Shown: one piece after another, positions 29,711 through 40,683 of the stretch
How positions within the stretch are numbered: position 1 is the stretch's first letter
Layout: each line of letters opens with the position of its first letter
Origin: Melioribacter roseus
GTDB taxonomy: Bacteria; Bacteroidota; Ignavibacteria; Ignavibacteriales; Melioribacteraceae
Length of the DNA: 64,000 nucleotides
Assembly: GCA_020722005.1 (NCBI GenBank)
Contig: DYLP01000009.1
Coordinates: 12,227 to 76,226 of the forward strand
Reading direction: 5' to 3'
Notes under the pieces: model-generated
What the model saw: the letters and a program-made list of their open reading frames with translations, nothing else
Database searches by the model: none
What the model was told of the DNA's origin: nothing
Translations under genes and position numbers: made by a program

Positions 29711-30614
29711 ATAATCTTTCCAGTTCATCATTTGAATAGAATTCGATAACAATTTGTCCAGCTCCATTCTTTTTTACATTGCAGTGAACTTTTGTGCCGA
29801 GTATTCTCTGCAGGCGTTCTTCAATATTCTTTTGTGATGCCGATTCTGTTGTTAAGGAGGTATTCGAATTATCCTTCGGTGTTGTATTGCTTTTAGAGTC
29901 ATTTAATTTTCGCACAAGCTCTTCTACTTTGCGTACAGAGAGATTTTGCTTTAATATTTTTTCGTGGATTTGTAATTGAAATTTAGGATTAGATAAATTA
30001 ATTAAAGCCCTTGCGTGACCGGTGGATATCTTATTGTTAATTAAACTTTGTTGAATAGATTCGGGCAATTTTAAAAGACGAATAAAATTTGTGATTGTTG
30101 TCCTATCTTTGCCAACACGTTCTGCTATCTCTTCGTGCGATAGATTACACTCATCCCTCAAACGTTTATATGCCACTGCAATTTCAATTGGATTTAATTT
30201 TTCTCTTTGGATATTTTCGATTAAAGAGAGTGCCAGCATTGCTTCTTTTGTGTCAACTTTAATGATGTAAGCGGGGATCTCTTTTAATCCAATTTCCTTG
30301 CACGCTCTTAATCTTCTTTCACCAGAAATTAATTCATATTTATCCTTGTCGATTCTGCGAACAGTCACAGGTTGAATAAGTCCATTTTGAAGGATCGATA
30401 ATTTAAGTTCTTCGAGAGCCTGGGGTTCAAAATTTGTTCTCGGTTGATACGGATTCGGATAAATTTGACTTACTGAAATTTTGGCGAGTATATCGTACGA
30501 TTTGCCGTCATCTTTCGGAATATCTTTACCTGATACTGTTACCGGAGTGTCCAATTTATCTTTTAACTGGGGATTTATCAATGCGTCCAATCCCCTTCCT
30601 AAAGCTGATTTCAT
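29673..30614 (-). CDS. parB: Chromosome partitioning CTPase ParB/Spo0J
   Basis: LGRGLDAL, NPYQPR, GERRLRA, LIENIQRE and an HTH. Confidence 0.96.
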   Translation of the reverse strand: MKSALGRGLDALINPQLKDKLDTPVTVSGKDIPKDDGKSYDILAKISVSQIYPNPYQPRTNFEPQALEELKLSILQNGLIQPVTVRRIDKDKYELISGERRLRACKEIGLKEIPAYIIKVDTKEAMLALSLIENIQREKLNPIEIAVAYKRLRDECNLSHEEIAERVGKDRTTITNFIRLLKLPESIQQSLINNKISTGHARALINLSNPKFQLQIHEKILKQNLSVRKVEELVRKLNDSKSNTTPKDNSNTSLTTESASQKNIEERLQRILGTKVHCNVKKNGAGQIVIEFYSNDELERLFELFEIINSNYN

Positions 30615-30617
30615 AAT

Positions 30618-31409
30618 CTATTGCTCCTTTTCCTTTACGGCATTGAGTTTTAAATTATTTCGTTCTAATAATTCATACGCCATTGACATATAGTTTTGAG
30701 CTCCTATCGATGTTGCATCGTACAAAATAACTGGTTTAGCATAACTTGGGGCTTCCGAAAGTTTGACATTTCTATTGATCACGGTTTCGAAGACTTTTTC
30801 ACCAAAATATTTTTTGACCTCTTCTACTACCTGCTGGCTCAATCGTAAACGTTTATCGAACATAGTAAGCAAAACGCCTTCTATAGAAAGTTCCGGGTTG
30901 AAATTTTTTTTAACAATGTTAATCGTATTGAGCAATTGCCCCAGTCCTTCAAGCGCAAAATACTCACATTGGACGGGAATAAGGACAGAATCTGCTGCCA
31001 CTAGTGCATTCAAAGTAAGAAGACCAAGAGAAGGTGGACAATCAATAAAAATGAAATCGTATTTTCCATCGACCTCCTGAAGAGCATTTTTTAAAAGGTA
31101 CTCTCTGTTTTCAACGGAAACTAATTCAACCTCGGCGCCCACGAGATTAATATTTGAAGGAAGAATATCAAGAAAAGGCATATAAGAATTTATAATCGAA
31201 TCTTTTGCGGTATTTAGTCCAACCAGAACATTATATATTGTCTTTTCAAATTTATCGATACCAATGCCGGAGGTGGAATTTGCCTGCGGATCAATGTCGA
31301 TTAAAAGTGTCCGGAATTCAGCTGCAGCTACTGAGGCGGAGAGATTGATTGCAGTAGTGGTTTTACCTACTCCGCCTTTTTGATTTGCTATGACGATCTT
31401 TTTTGCCAT
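30618..31409 (-). CDS. parA: Chromosome partitioning ATPase ParA/Soj
   Basis: [26 protein letters not shown] and [11 protein letters not shown]. Confidence 0.96.
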   Translation of the reverse strand: MAKKIVIANQKGGVGKTTTAINLSASVAAAEFRTLLIDIDPQANSTSGIGIDKFEKTIYNVLVGLNTAKDSIINSYMPFLDILPSNINLVGAEVELVSVENREYLLKNALQEVDGKYDFIFIDCPPSLGLLTLNALVAADSVLIPVQCEYFALEGLGQLLNTINIVKKNFNPELSIEGVLLTMFDKRLRLSQQVVEEVKKYFGEKVFETVINRNVKLSEAPSYAKPVILYDATSIGAQNYMSMAYELLERNNLKLNAVKEKEQ

Positions 31410-31410
31410 G

Positions 31411-32088
31411 TTAAAGTTTTATTTCTTCTCCATAATTAAGTACTATTGCTTTTTTGCCGAGTGCTTCAACTTTCGACATGAATTCGTACGGATCAGCTTT
31501 AATTACTGGGAAAGTATTGTAATGCATCGGAATGGCTACTTTGGGATTTGCAAGCTCGACTGCTTTTACGGCGTCGTTTATTCCCATTGTAAAATTATCT
31601 CCTATCGGAACAAGCATATAATCCAGAGGTGTTAGTTCACCAATTAATTTCATATCATAAAAAAGTCCAGTATCCCCAGTATGATATAAGTTCTTCCCAT
31701 CGATTGAAAGAATTACTCCGGAGGGTTCACCTGCATAATAATTATCGGGTGTCATGGAGCCATGGTGAGCAATTGTAAATTTGACTCTGCCAAAATCGAA
31801 ATTATAAGCGCCGCCAATGTGCATATTATGAGCTTTGAATCCTTCCCTCGCGCAATAATTTGCCAATTCATTGACACAAATAAATGTTGAATTGCACTTT
31901 TTTGCAATGGTAAAAGAATCGCCCAGATGGTCACCATGGCCATGCGTAAGAATTATATAATCAGCAGTCACTTCATCGACTTTTACAGGAGCCGTCGGGT
32001 TACCTGTCAGAAACGGATCGATTAAAATTTTAATACCTTTTTCGGTTGTAATCTGAAATGCAGAATGAGAAAAATATCTTAATTTCAT
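31411..32088 (-). CDS. UPF0173 metal-dependent hydrolase (metallo-beta-lactamase fold)
   Basis: [22 protein letters not shown] and PMHYNTF. Confidence 0.9.
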   Translation of the reverse strand: MKLRYFSHSAFQITTEKGIKILIDPFLTGNPTAPVKVDEVTADYIILTHGHGDHLGDSFTIAKKCNSTFICVNELANYCAREGFKAHNMHIGGAYNFDFGRVKFTIAHHGSMTPDNYYAGEPSGVILSIDGKNLYHTGDTGLFYDMKLIGELTPLDYMLVPIGDNFTMGINDAVKAVELANPKVAIPMHYNTFPVIKADPYEFMSKVEALGKKAIVLNYGEEIKL

Positions 32089-32159
32089 CGTCCCCTCCCG
32101 TTATTATTTTTTGACTTCTAATAATAACTAATTGTAGATTTCTGACAAAATAATAAAGG

Positions 32160-32978
32160 TTATTTTTTTCTGCGTAAAATTTTCCATATCGAAGTAATTT
32201 TTCGTTCTTTGCCGGCTCGTAAATTGTTTACGAGGTAACTGCGCAATTGATCTCTTGAAATTCCTCGAATAAGCTTACCTCTGTCGGCAATTGATATGCT
32301 GGCTGTTTCTTCAGAAACAATTACACAAATTACATCAGCCTGCTCAGATATGCCCAGTCCTGCACGATGACGCATCCCGAGTGGATTCCCATCAAGGCTG
32401 GTTATGTTTGATAGTGGCAGTGTGCATCTTGCAGCTTCAATCAAATCATTGTGGATAACAACAGCTCCGTCGTGAAGAGGTGAACGCGGAAAAAAGATAG
32501 AACGTATCAAGTTTTTAGATACTTTTGCGTTGATTATCTCGCCAGTTTCGACAACACTTTTAATGCCAACCGTTCTAACGATTACAATCAATGCACCGTG
32601 TTGATGTTGGGCAAGCTCAAATGCACTCTCGGTAATTATTTCCGCAACATTGCTTTCGTCGGTTCTAATGAATATTTTCAAGAGCGGGCTTCTGCCAAGC
32701 ATCACCAGTATTCTTCGAATTTCAGGTTGAAACAAGATAATAAAGGCGATTACCCATATATCAGAGAGCAATTTCAATAACCAGCCTAATGCTTTGAAAT
32801 TTGCCGCCTGTGCTATAAATGAAAGAAATAATACAATGAGCAAGCCATAGAAAATTTGCGCCGCTATAGTTCCTCTAATTGCAGAATAAAGTTGGTAGAA
32901 AATAAACGAAACTAAAGCAATGTCGATAATATCGATTAAAGTTACTGTAATAAATCCGATTTTAAATAACTCAATCAT
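32160..32978 (-). CDS. cdaA: Membrane diadenylate cyclase CdaA/DacA
   Basis: Three TMs, then PLHDGA and GMRHRAGLG, VSEETA. Confidence 0.93.
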   Translation of the reverse strand: MIELFKIGFITVTLIDIIDIALVSFIFYQLYSAIRGTIAAQIFYGLLIVLFLSFIAQAANFKALGWLLKLLSDIWVIAFIILFQPEIRRILVMLGRSPLLKIFIRTDESNVAEIITESAFELAQHQHGALIVIVRTVGIKSVVETGEIINAKVSKNLIRSIFFPRSPLHDGAVVIHNDLIEAARCTLPLSNITSLDGNPLGMRHRAGLGISEQADVICVIVSEETASISIADRGKLIRGISRDQLRSYLVNNLRAGKERKITSIWKILRRKK

Positions 32979-34152
32979 TTATCAGCAATTCCGGATTCTC
33001 GATAAAATTGTTAATTAAAATAGCAAACCTGCCGTTGCTAACGTTATGAGTTCTAATAAAGCGTGCTCCATTTTTTACTGCAAGCGTTTCTGCCACTAAA
33101 GTGGGAGCGTCTCTCAATTCAACCGGTAAATTGAGCGCTTTTCCTAAAAAAGATTTTCTGGATAATCCTACTAAAATTGGGTATCCAATACCTTTGAACT
33201 CGTCGAGTCGGTTCAACAATTCATAGTTGTGGTGTACCTTTTTCCCGAATCCAATGCCAGGGTCGATAATTAATTTTTTTATACCGAATTTTTCGGCCTT
33301 ATTACACGTTTCTATAAAATAATCGTATATATCATTTACCACGTCTTTGTATTCTGGATTATTTTGCATCGATTTGGGTGTGCCTTTCATATGCATCAGT
33401 ATTGCAGCGGCGTCGTACTTTTTAATAACAACCGGCATTTCAGGGTCGAAAGCGAATGAACTGATGTCGTTGATTATTTGGGCTCCAGCTTTCAATGCTT
33501 CTTCGGCAACTTTAGATTTGGTCGTATCGACGGAGATTAAAATCTCAGGATTGGATTTTATTATCTCTTCGATTACTGGTAAAACCCGGTTCATTTCTTC
33601 ATCGGTCGGAACAGGATCGGCGCCCGGTCGGGAAGATTCGCCTCCGATGTCAAGAATATCAGCTCCGTGTTCGATCAGCTCAAATGCGTGTTCCACTGCT
33701 TTATTCTTTTCAAAAAATTTTCCTCCGTCCGAAAATGAATTGGGCGTTACATTTAATATTCCTACCACATAAGCACGCGACATATTAAATTCTTTATTAC
33801 CGATCCGAATCTTGAATTTATCATAGCTCATTAAATTGTGCAACAATCTCGAAAATTTCAATCCGATGTCTTCGTCTCCGATTGCAATAATTTCTTTGGC
33901 AAGTTCTTTAAAAAATGATAGAGAACCGATTGAGAGAACGTCGTAATATTCATTGTCTGAAATTTGAGTAACATAACATATTTCATTGTTCGCCAGAACA
34001 ATTTTTTTTATTCGATGTGCTAATTTCTTTTCGACTGAACGGAATTCTATTGCCAGCAGATCTTTTTCATAGAGGTCACGGAAAATATTATATTTACTGC
34101 CATACCTTCTGAATACGTATGGATAGTAAATGTCAATAAGTTGAATGTTCAA
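32971..34152 (-). CDS. folP: Dihydropteroate synthase with ~120-aa N-terminal extension
   Basis: GILNVTPNSFSDGG, DIGGESSRPG, DPGIGFGK, GLSRKSF and IRTHNV. Confidence 0.93.
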   Translation of the reverse strand: MNIQLIDIYYPYVFRRYGSKYNIFRDLYEKDLLAIEFRSVEKKLAHRIKKIVLANNEICYVTQISDNEYYDVLSIGSLSFFKELAKEIIAIGDEDIGLKFSRLLHNLMSYDKFKIRIGNKEFNMSRAYVVGILNVTPNSFSDGGKFFEKNKAVEHAFELIEHGADILDIGGESSRPGADPVPTDEEMNRVLPVIEEIIKSNPEILISVDTTKSKVAEEALKAGAQIINDISSFAFDPEMPVVIKKYDAAAILMHMKGTPKSMQNNPEYKDVVNDIYDYFIETCNKAEKFGIKKLIIDPGIGFGKKVHHNYELLNRLDEFKGIGYPILVGLSRKSFLGKALNLPVELRDAPTLVAETLAVKNGARFIRTHNVSNGRFAILINNFIENPELLIND

Positions 34153-34164
34153 TAGAAAGCTCCG

Positions 34165-34833
34165 CTAATTTTTAATCAGATTTTTCAATTCAACCGCAGC
34201 TGCAGTAATGTTGTCACTGCCGAATATGGTCGAACCAGCCACAAACACATTGCATCCGGCTTTTGAAATTCTTTCGATATTGCCGTTATAAATTCCGCCA
34301 TCAACTTCAATCAGAAAATCATAATTTTTCTCTTTTCTTATTCGGTCGAGTGCTGCAATTTTATAGATTGACCTTTCGATAAATTTCTGACCCCCAAAAC
34401 CTGGATTTACAGACATTACCAGCACCATATCTAAATATTCCAGCACTTCCTCTAAAGTATCTACTGGGGTTGATGGATTGAGTGCCACTCCCGCTTTAAT
34501 TCCCTTGCTCTTAATATATTCAATAGTTCTATGAAGATGCACTACTTCTTCTTGATGAACGGTAATATAATCTGCACCTGCTTCAATAAATTTGTCTATT
34601 AAATTATCTGGATTTTTTACCATTAAATGAACATCTATCGGTAAGTTTGTAATACGATTTACTGCTTCGACAACCATCGGTCCGAACGTAAAATTGGGAA
34701 CAAAATGACCATCCATTATATCGCAATGAATAATATCTACATTTGCCAACTCGACGTATCGTATTTGCTGAGATAAATTTGTAAAATCAGCCGATAAGAT
34801 AGAAGGTGCCAGTAATTTTTTTTTAGCATTCAT
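34165..34833 (-). CDS. rpe: Ribulose-phosphate 3-epimerase
   Basis: APSILSADF, HCDIMDGHFVPN and MSVNPGFGGQKF. Confidence 0.97.
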   Translation of the reverse strand: MNAKKKLLAPSILSADFTNLSQQIRYVELANVDIIHCDIMDGHFVPNFTFGPMVVEAVNRITNLPIDVHLMVKNPDNLIDKFIEAGADYITVHQEEVVHLHRTIEYIKSKGIKAGVALNPSTPVDTLEEVLEYLDMVLVMSVNPGFGGQKFIERSIYKIAALDRIRKEKNYDFLIEVDGGIYNGNIERISKAGCNVFVAGSTIFGSDNITAAAVELKNLIKN

Positions 34834-34844
34834 AATTTTCTCTA

Positions 34845-35570
34845 TTAATTTTGAATCAATACTACATTAACACTATCCCCTACGCTAACGAGGCTATTTT
34901 CCGATGGCTGTTGGTCAACAACAGTATTCGGCAAATAGTTAGATGAATGGATGTATGTTTTAAAACCTATTCTTAGTGAATTTCGTTTTAATATTGCTTC
35001 GGCTTCCGATAAAGATTTACCGATCAATCTCGGAACCCGAACTTTGCCGATTTGAGGACCGATACTTACTTTCAATTTAATTTTTGTACCTACAGGAATC
35101 GATTCCCCTTCTGTATATTCCTGTCCGGCAATCGTACCGACGGGTAGTTCTGATTCAACTTCAATTAGTGTATCGACCTGTAGACCCATTCTTTCGAGTG
35201 TTATACGTGCGTCACGAACAGACTTATTGATTAAGAATGGCATTTGCACTTTCTGTAGTCCTCCGCTAACCGTCAGGTAAATTTTCCGTCCAGCCTTAAC
35301 AGCAGTATTTGGCCTTGGATTTTGAAAAATGACGTGATCTTTGGGGTACAACTCGTCATACCTTGAACGGCTTATAATCGGTTCCAATTTGCTATTTTTA
35401 ATTATTTCGACCGCTTCATTTTTATGCAATCCAACAACGTTGGGAACCTGATACTCGTCGGCGCTTACGATGTATGGCATTATAATCTTGTCGACAACGA
35501 AAAATAATACTGTAAATACCAATATTATAGTTAATAATTTAATAAGTAAACTTTTCATCCAATTTTTCAT
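34845..35570 (-). CDS. Membrane-anchored triple PASTA-domain protein
   Basis: N-terminal TM and three VP.(V/L).G repeats ending in V.L.VS. Confidence 0.88.
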   Translation of the reverse strand: MKNWMKSLLIKLLTIILVFTVLFFVVDKIIMPYIVSADEYQVPNVVGLHKNEAVEIIKNSKLEPIISRSRYDELYPKDHVIFQNPRPNTAVKAGRKIYLTVSGGLQKVQMPFLINKSVRDARITLERMGLQVDTLIEVESELPVGTIAGQEYTEGESIPVGTKIKLKVSIGPQIGKVRVPRLIGKSLSEAEAILKRNSLRIGFKTYIHSSNYLPNTVVDQQPSENSLVSVGDSVNVVLIQN

Positions 35571-35680
35571 ATGATTTATCTATTTTAGAAACAAAAATAA
35601 TAAACTTTGGATTGATTTAGCTTCCTCTTTTTGAAGATTAGAGCAAAAATTCATAAGTTTTTTTAAACTAAGGAATTACT

Positions 35681-36931
35681 ATGAAAAAGATAATTTTAAT
35701 ATTTGAAGATACTGGTTTTCGGGATTTATTACCAATTTCATATTTAAAGCCAGTTTACGAGCTACGATCCGGTATTTTAAGTTTGCTCTCTAAAATAGAG
35801 TACGCTTTTGACGAAAGTGAAATTTATTTATTCTGCCGTAAGTATCTGGAAGAAAACTACAGGGAAAAAAAGAAGAACTATCGCATAAACTTACTACCCA
35901 AAACTGGTGAAGTAGTATTGTTGAATGGGCGAGTTTTGATGAATAGAAAACTTCAACAAGAAATCGGCAAATTACAAGTCGGCGAAGCCTTAATGTCCAG
36001 TGAAGATTTAATTGCTGCCGCTATCGATGCAGGTAATATTAAAAATATTTTTGACGAAGAATTCCTACCTCATTTCGATAATGCGAAGTTTAAGTTTAAG
36101 ACTATAGAAACGGAAATTATCAAACATCCGTGGGATCTTATAAATAATAATGGAAAGGAAATAGAGAACGATTTCAAATTGATTCAAAAGCGCGCGAAGA
36201 AAGTCAGGGCTACCGTACACCCTAAGTTCAAAAAAGTCGAATTACAAAACAAGAAATTAATTCATATCGATAAAGGAGTCAAAATCGAGCCGTTTGTTTT
36301 CATCGATGCATCAGAGGGTCCTGTTTTTATCGACGAAAATGTTCACATAATGTCGAACAGCGTTATCAAAGGACCAGTTTTCATCGGAAGAAATTCAATC
36401 ATAAAAGCCAATAGTACCATATACCAGGCAACATCGATCGGACAATATTCAAAAGTGGGCGGTGAAGTTATAGAATCAATCATTCATTCCTATTCAAATA
36501 AGCAGCACGGCGGTTTCCTCGGACATTCTTATCTGGGAAGCTGGGTTAATCTCGGCGCCGGAACCAATAACAGCGACCTGAAAAATAATTATGGTAATAT
36601 TACCGTAACGTTGAAAAATAAAAAAGTCGATACAGGACTTCGCTTCCTCGGTCTAATAATGGGTGACCATTCAAAAAGCGCAATCGGTACTAAATTCAAT
36701 ACCGGCACAATATGTGGCGTAATGTGTAATGTATTCGGATACGGATTTCCGCCGAAATTCATACCCTCATTTACGTGGGGATGCATAAACGAGATGACTA
36801 CCTTCGATATCGATAAATCGATCGAAATTGCACGAATTGTAACTGCGCGACGTAATATTGAATTTACCGAAAGTGACGAAAAATTATTAAGACAAGTTTT
36901 CGAACTTTCGAAAGAAGAACGTAAATATTAA
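35681..36931 (+). CDS. GlmU-like putative sugar nucleotidyltransferase/acetyltransferase (hexapeptide repeats)
   Basis: LLP..Y.KPV.ELR.GI N-terminus; KVGGEV, NKQHGGFLGHSYLG and NLGAGTNNSDLKN. Confidence 0.75.
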   Translation: MKKIILIFEDTGFRDLLPISYLKPVYELRSGILSLLSKIEYAFDESEIYLFCRKYLEENYREKKKNYRINLLPKTGEVVLLNGRVLMNRKLQQEIGKLQVGEALMSSEDLIAAAIDAGNIKNIFDEEFLPHFDNAKFKFKTIETEIIKHPWDLINNNGKEIENDFKLIQKRAKKVRATVHPKFKKVELQNKKLIHIDKGVKIEPFVFIDASEGPVFIDENVHIMSNSVIKGPVFIGRNSIIKANSTIYQATSIGQYSKVGGEVIESIIHSYSNKQHGGFLGHSYLGSWVNLGAGTNNSDLKNNYGNITVTLKNKKVDTGLRFLGLIMGDHSKSAIGTKFNTGTICGVMCNVFGYGFPPKFIPSFTWGCINEMTTFDIDKSIEIARIVTARRNIEFTESDEKLLRQVFELSKEERKY

Positions 36932-36935
36932 TGCC

Positions 36936-38513
36936 ATGTTCAAAAACTATCTCTACTTGTTACGAGCGGTTATAGAACTCAATGAATTGATTAAAGACCA
37001 TTCGATAAGAGAAATCTATACTCAGGAAAAAGATAAATTATTTATCTCAATTCCCGACTTCGTTTTCGACAAAAGACATTTAGTTATTTCAGCCAATCCT
37101 CAAATGCCTTATTTAGTTGTCAGAGACAATCACTCGAAAGCAAAGAAAAATTACAAAAATTTCTTTGAAGAATTTTTACCGTCTAAAATTAATTTAGTCG
37201 AAATTGCCGACAACGATCGGATAATTAGATTCTCGTGCAATAATTTTTATATCTATTTTCTGGTCAGGGGTGCAAATACGAATATCATTCTTAAGGACTT
37301 AAATAACAACCTCTTCCCTTTTAAGAAAACCGATCAAGATAATTTGGAAATCATCAGTGAAGAATTTCAAAAGTGTCATTTTGTTTCATCATACGACCAT
37401 ATTTTAAAAAATCTACAGGTAATGAACGACGAGGAATTATTGAAAACATATAAGTTTATCGACAGGAAAATTAAAACAGAATTTTTAACTAAAGGTGTTG
37501 AATTAAAAGCAATCATCACTGATTTTCTATTTAATGAAATTATTGTTGCTCGAGATAATTCAAAGGACTTAATAATTTTCCAACCTTATGTTGTTGATAA
37601 TGCAGAATTAATAGGTAAATATGATACGTATCAGGATGCGGTAAATGCTTATTTGTCCAATTATTATTCACTTTCAAAAGAGAAAGTATTAAAAGCAAAC
37701 TTACAAAAATTTGTTAATAACGAACTGGAAAGGCTCACTTCAAGATTGAATAACCTGAAAGCTCGCATCGAGATTGGTTCGAGAGAGGATGAATATGCAA
37801 ATTATGGCAATCTGCTTTTAATTAATATTTCTGTACTTAAAAAGGGGCTCGATAAAATTGAAGTCAAAAACTATGAAGGTAAAGACGTAACAATCAAACT
37901 GGAGCCAAAATTGACACCCCAAAAGAATATCGAAAGATATTTTAAAAAAGCCAAATCAGAAGAAATCGAATACGAAAAATCGATAGAGCTCTACAACGAG
38001 TTGAAGAATAAATTTGACTATCTTAAAAATATCGACAGAAAACTCGATACCGATCTTTCATGGGTTGAACTGGAAAAAATCGAAAAACAACTCGGGATTA
38101 AAAAGAAGATGGAAATGCAGGATAAATCGAAACCGAATTTCAGACATTTTATTATCGACGGCAAATATCATGTTTATGTAGGAAAGGATAGTAAGAATAA
38201 TGACGAGCTTACGCTACGGTTTGCAAAACAAAATGATTACTGGTTCCATGCAAGGTCTGTTTCAGGTTCACATGTGGTGTTGCGTATTGATAATCCGAAA
38301 GAACCCGTTCCAAAATTGGTTTTGAAAAAAGTTGCATCGATAGCGGCATTCTACAGCAAATCAAAAACTGCGAGCTTGACGCCTGTCAGTTATACTTTCA
38401 AGAAATATGTGGTAAAGAAAAAAGGGATGGAAGCTGGCAAAGTGGCTTTGTTAAAAGAAGAGGTATTTCTGGTAAAACCGGAAATACCTCCCGGATGCGA
38501 GATTGTTGATTAA
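36936..38513 (+). CDS. rqcH: Ribosome quality-control NEMF/NFACT protein (FbpA family)
   Basis: TPQKNIERYFKKAK, VGKDSKNND, WFHAR...GSHVV and AAFYSK. Confidence 0.85.
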   Translation: MFKNYLYLLRAVIELNELIKDHSIREIYTQEKDKLFISIPDFVFDKRHLVISANPQMPYLVVRDNHSKAKKNYKNFFEEFLPSKINLVEIADNDRIIRFSCNNFYIYFLVRGANTNIILKDLNNNLFPFKKTDQDNLEIISEEFQKCHFVSSYDHILKNLQVMNDEELLKTYKFIDRKIKTEFLTKGVELKAIITDFLFNEIIVARDNSKDLIIFQPYVVDNAELIGKYDTYQDAVNAYLSNYYSLSKEKVLKANLQKFVNNELERLTSRLNNLKARIEIGSREDEYANYGNLLLINISVLKKGLDKIEVKNYEGKDVTIKLEPKLTPQKNIERYFKKAKSEEIEYEKSIELYNELKNKFDYLKNIDRKLDTDLSWVELEKIEKQLGIKKKMEMQDKSKPNFRHFIIDGKYHVYVGKDSKNNDELTLRFAKQNDYWFHARSVSGSHVVLRIDNPKEPVPKLVLKKVASIAAFYSKSKTASLTPVSYTFKKYVVKKKGMEAGKVALLKEEVFLVKPEIPPGCEIVD

Positions 38514-40672
38514 TGCCATTTGGGACGAATTCCAGGTGCATACGGGAATTCAAGACTTTGATAATATTCGAGCGTTTTATCTGGCTTTTCGTAACCTTCC
38601 GGTAGTGGTAACTTTGAGAATGTTTGAAAATACAATACGCAGGCATTCCGCCACCAGACTGCCTCCTCTTCTTGAATTTTCATTAACATAGCAACATGAT
38701 TAAATCGTTCATTGTCTATCATACCTTCGAGTTTATTCCATTTTTTTCGCATTGACCTTACAGAATCGATTCCGGAATAGTAATGATTGCATAATTCTTC
38801 CCATAGAGTTTTCCCGGACTTCATTTTATAATTCCAGGGAACATGATGAAACCAGAGTAAATATTTTTCCGGACATTTTTCAAGTGAATTAAAAATTTCA
38901 GAAACTGGGGAATGATACTGATTTACTGCATTTGTGCCGTTTACTGCCCTTTCGGAACCAATTCCGGTACTGTCGGCGCGGTGGTAATAAACTGAAGTCC
39001 AATCAGCACGAGGTTTATCTTTTATCCAGGGAGCTGGTCCATAATGATGATCCCATCCCATAATATGATGCAGACCAAGTGGCGTCATATAATTAACTGT
39101 GTTTTCACGTGACTGCATCATAATTTCTTTAATTGAATGAACAATCTCATTGTTATTATTAAATGAAAGACGGATCCATTCCTCTGCAATCTGTTCCGAC
39201 GTTAGATTATGATTCCATGCAATTCTTCCGAAAGCATACCAGTTAGCCTGTCCGAATAAATGTCCTGTCCAGTTTCTATCGTTCCCGATGTTGGAAACGC
39301 CTGCAATTCCAGTTAAGTTTTGGTTATCTAAAGAACCATCGATAACTTTTGCAACAGTTGAACCGGCGCCTTTAGCGTAGGTATCCGATTCGAGGCATTC
39401 TTTGAAAAGAGGTGCCAGATAAACAAGATGCGTACCCTGTCCTAAATATTCTTGAGTTATCTGAAATTCCATCATAATAGGAGTTTTGGGCATTGCGCCG
39501 AAAAGCGGATGAAAAGGTTCGCGCGGCTGAAAATCAATTGGTCCGTTTTTAACTTGTACCAATACATTCTTTTTGAATTTTCCATCGAGAGGTTTAAATT
39601 CGTTATATGCTTGTTTAGCGCGGTCTTCGGGCACGTTATTATCGTAAACGAAGGCTCGCCACATTACAACGCCACCGTATGGTTCCACCGCTTCTGCTAG
39701 CATGTTCGCTCCGTCTGAGTGCGACCTGCCATAATTCTGGGGACCGGGCTGCCCTTCGGAATTTGCTTTGACAAGGAAGCCGCCGAAATCGGGTATTAAT
39801 TCATATATTTTTTTAGCTTTTTCTTTCCACCATTTTCTAACGTCGGGATTTAACGGGTCTGCAGTCGATAAATTTCCTATTTCAATCGGCGCGCTGAAAC
39901 GGGCTGTCAAATATACTTTAATTCCGTATGGTCTGAATATGTTTGCCAGTGCCGCTACTTTTTTCAAGTATTGTTCTGTAAGCACCCACGAGTTTGCATT
40001 CACGTTTGTTAATACTGTCCCGTTAATGCCAACCGAAGCGTTTGCTCTGGCATAATCTTTATATTGCGTATCAATATAATCGGGCAGAAGATGCCAGTTC
40101 CAGATAGAGAACCCTGCATAGCCTCTTTCAACTGTTCTGTCCAGATTATCCCAATGATTTAAGAGTCTAAGTTTTATTAATGGTGTTTCCACAATGTTGA
40201 GGTTGTCGATTTTGCTATGCGTCTGTAAAAGACGAATCAAGTGAAATGTTCCATATAACACACCTATATCTTCATTGGCTGTTATTAAAATTATTTTCTT
40301 CCCTTCGATTTCGGTTGTCTTAATAATATATCCTTCTTTGCCCAATTTTTTTAATTTAGTACTAACTTCATAAGGCAACTTGATGTTGAGCTCATTAAAA
40401 TTGCCGGCAATTATTATATTGGAGCACGGTTTATTGACCGACTGTATTTCATTTCCCAGTAATCCTTTCAAAGCAATTTTTAATTCTTCTTCTGCAGTTT
40501 TAATGCTCTCTGAATCGCCTTTTAACAAATATCCTTTGATTTGTTGCAAGTATTCTTCAAGTAATGCTGGGTTATCTATTTTATTATATCTGAGCCAGAG
40601 ATTATAACCATCTTCAGCATAAGTAATATTAAATGAAAAAATAATTAGCAGTAACGTGAAAAAATATTTCAT
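38510..40672 (-). CDS. aguA: Alpha-glucuronidase (GH67), secreted
   Basis: Signal peptide; EDGYNLWLRY, NHWDNL, VERGYAG, KANSEGQPGP and KNGPIDFQPREP. Confidence 0.94.
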   Translation of the reverse strand: MKYFFTLLLIIFSFNITYAEDGYNLWLRYNKIDNPALLEEYLQQIKGYLLKGDSESIKTAEEELKIALKGLLGNEIQSVNKPCSNIIIAGNFNELNIKLPYEVSTKLKKLGKEGYIIKTTEIEGKKIILITANEDIGVLYGTFHLIRLLQTHSKIDNLNIVETPLIKLRLLNHWDNLDRTVERGYAGFSIWNWHLLPDYIDTQYKDYARANASVGINGTVLTNVNANSWVLTEQYLKKVAALANIFRPYGIKVYLTARFSAPIEIGNLSTADPLNPDVRKWWKEKAKKIYELIPDFGGFLVKANSEGQPGPQNYGRSHSDGANMLAEAVEPYGGVVMWRAFVYDNNVPEDRAKQAYNEFKPLDGKFKKNVLVQVKNGPIDFQPREPFHPLFGAMPKTPIMMEFQITQEYLGQGTHLVYLAPLFKECLESDTYAKGAGSTVAKVIDGSLDNQNLTGIAGVSNIGNDRNWTGHLFGQANWYAFGRIAWNHNLTSEQIAEEWIRLSFNNNNEIVHSIKEIMMQSRENTVNYMTPLGLHHIMGWDHHYGPAPWIKDKPRADWTSVYYHRADSTGIGSERAVNGTNAVNQYHSPVSEIFNSLEKCPEKYLLWFHHVPWNYKMKSGKTLWEELCNHYYSGIDSVRSMRKKWNKLEGMIDNERFNHVAMLMKIQEEEAVWWRNACVLYFQTFSKLPLPEGYEKPDKTLEYYQSLEFPYAPGIRPKWH

Positions 40673-40683
40673 TCGTTAGTCCT

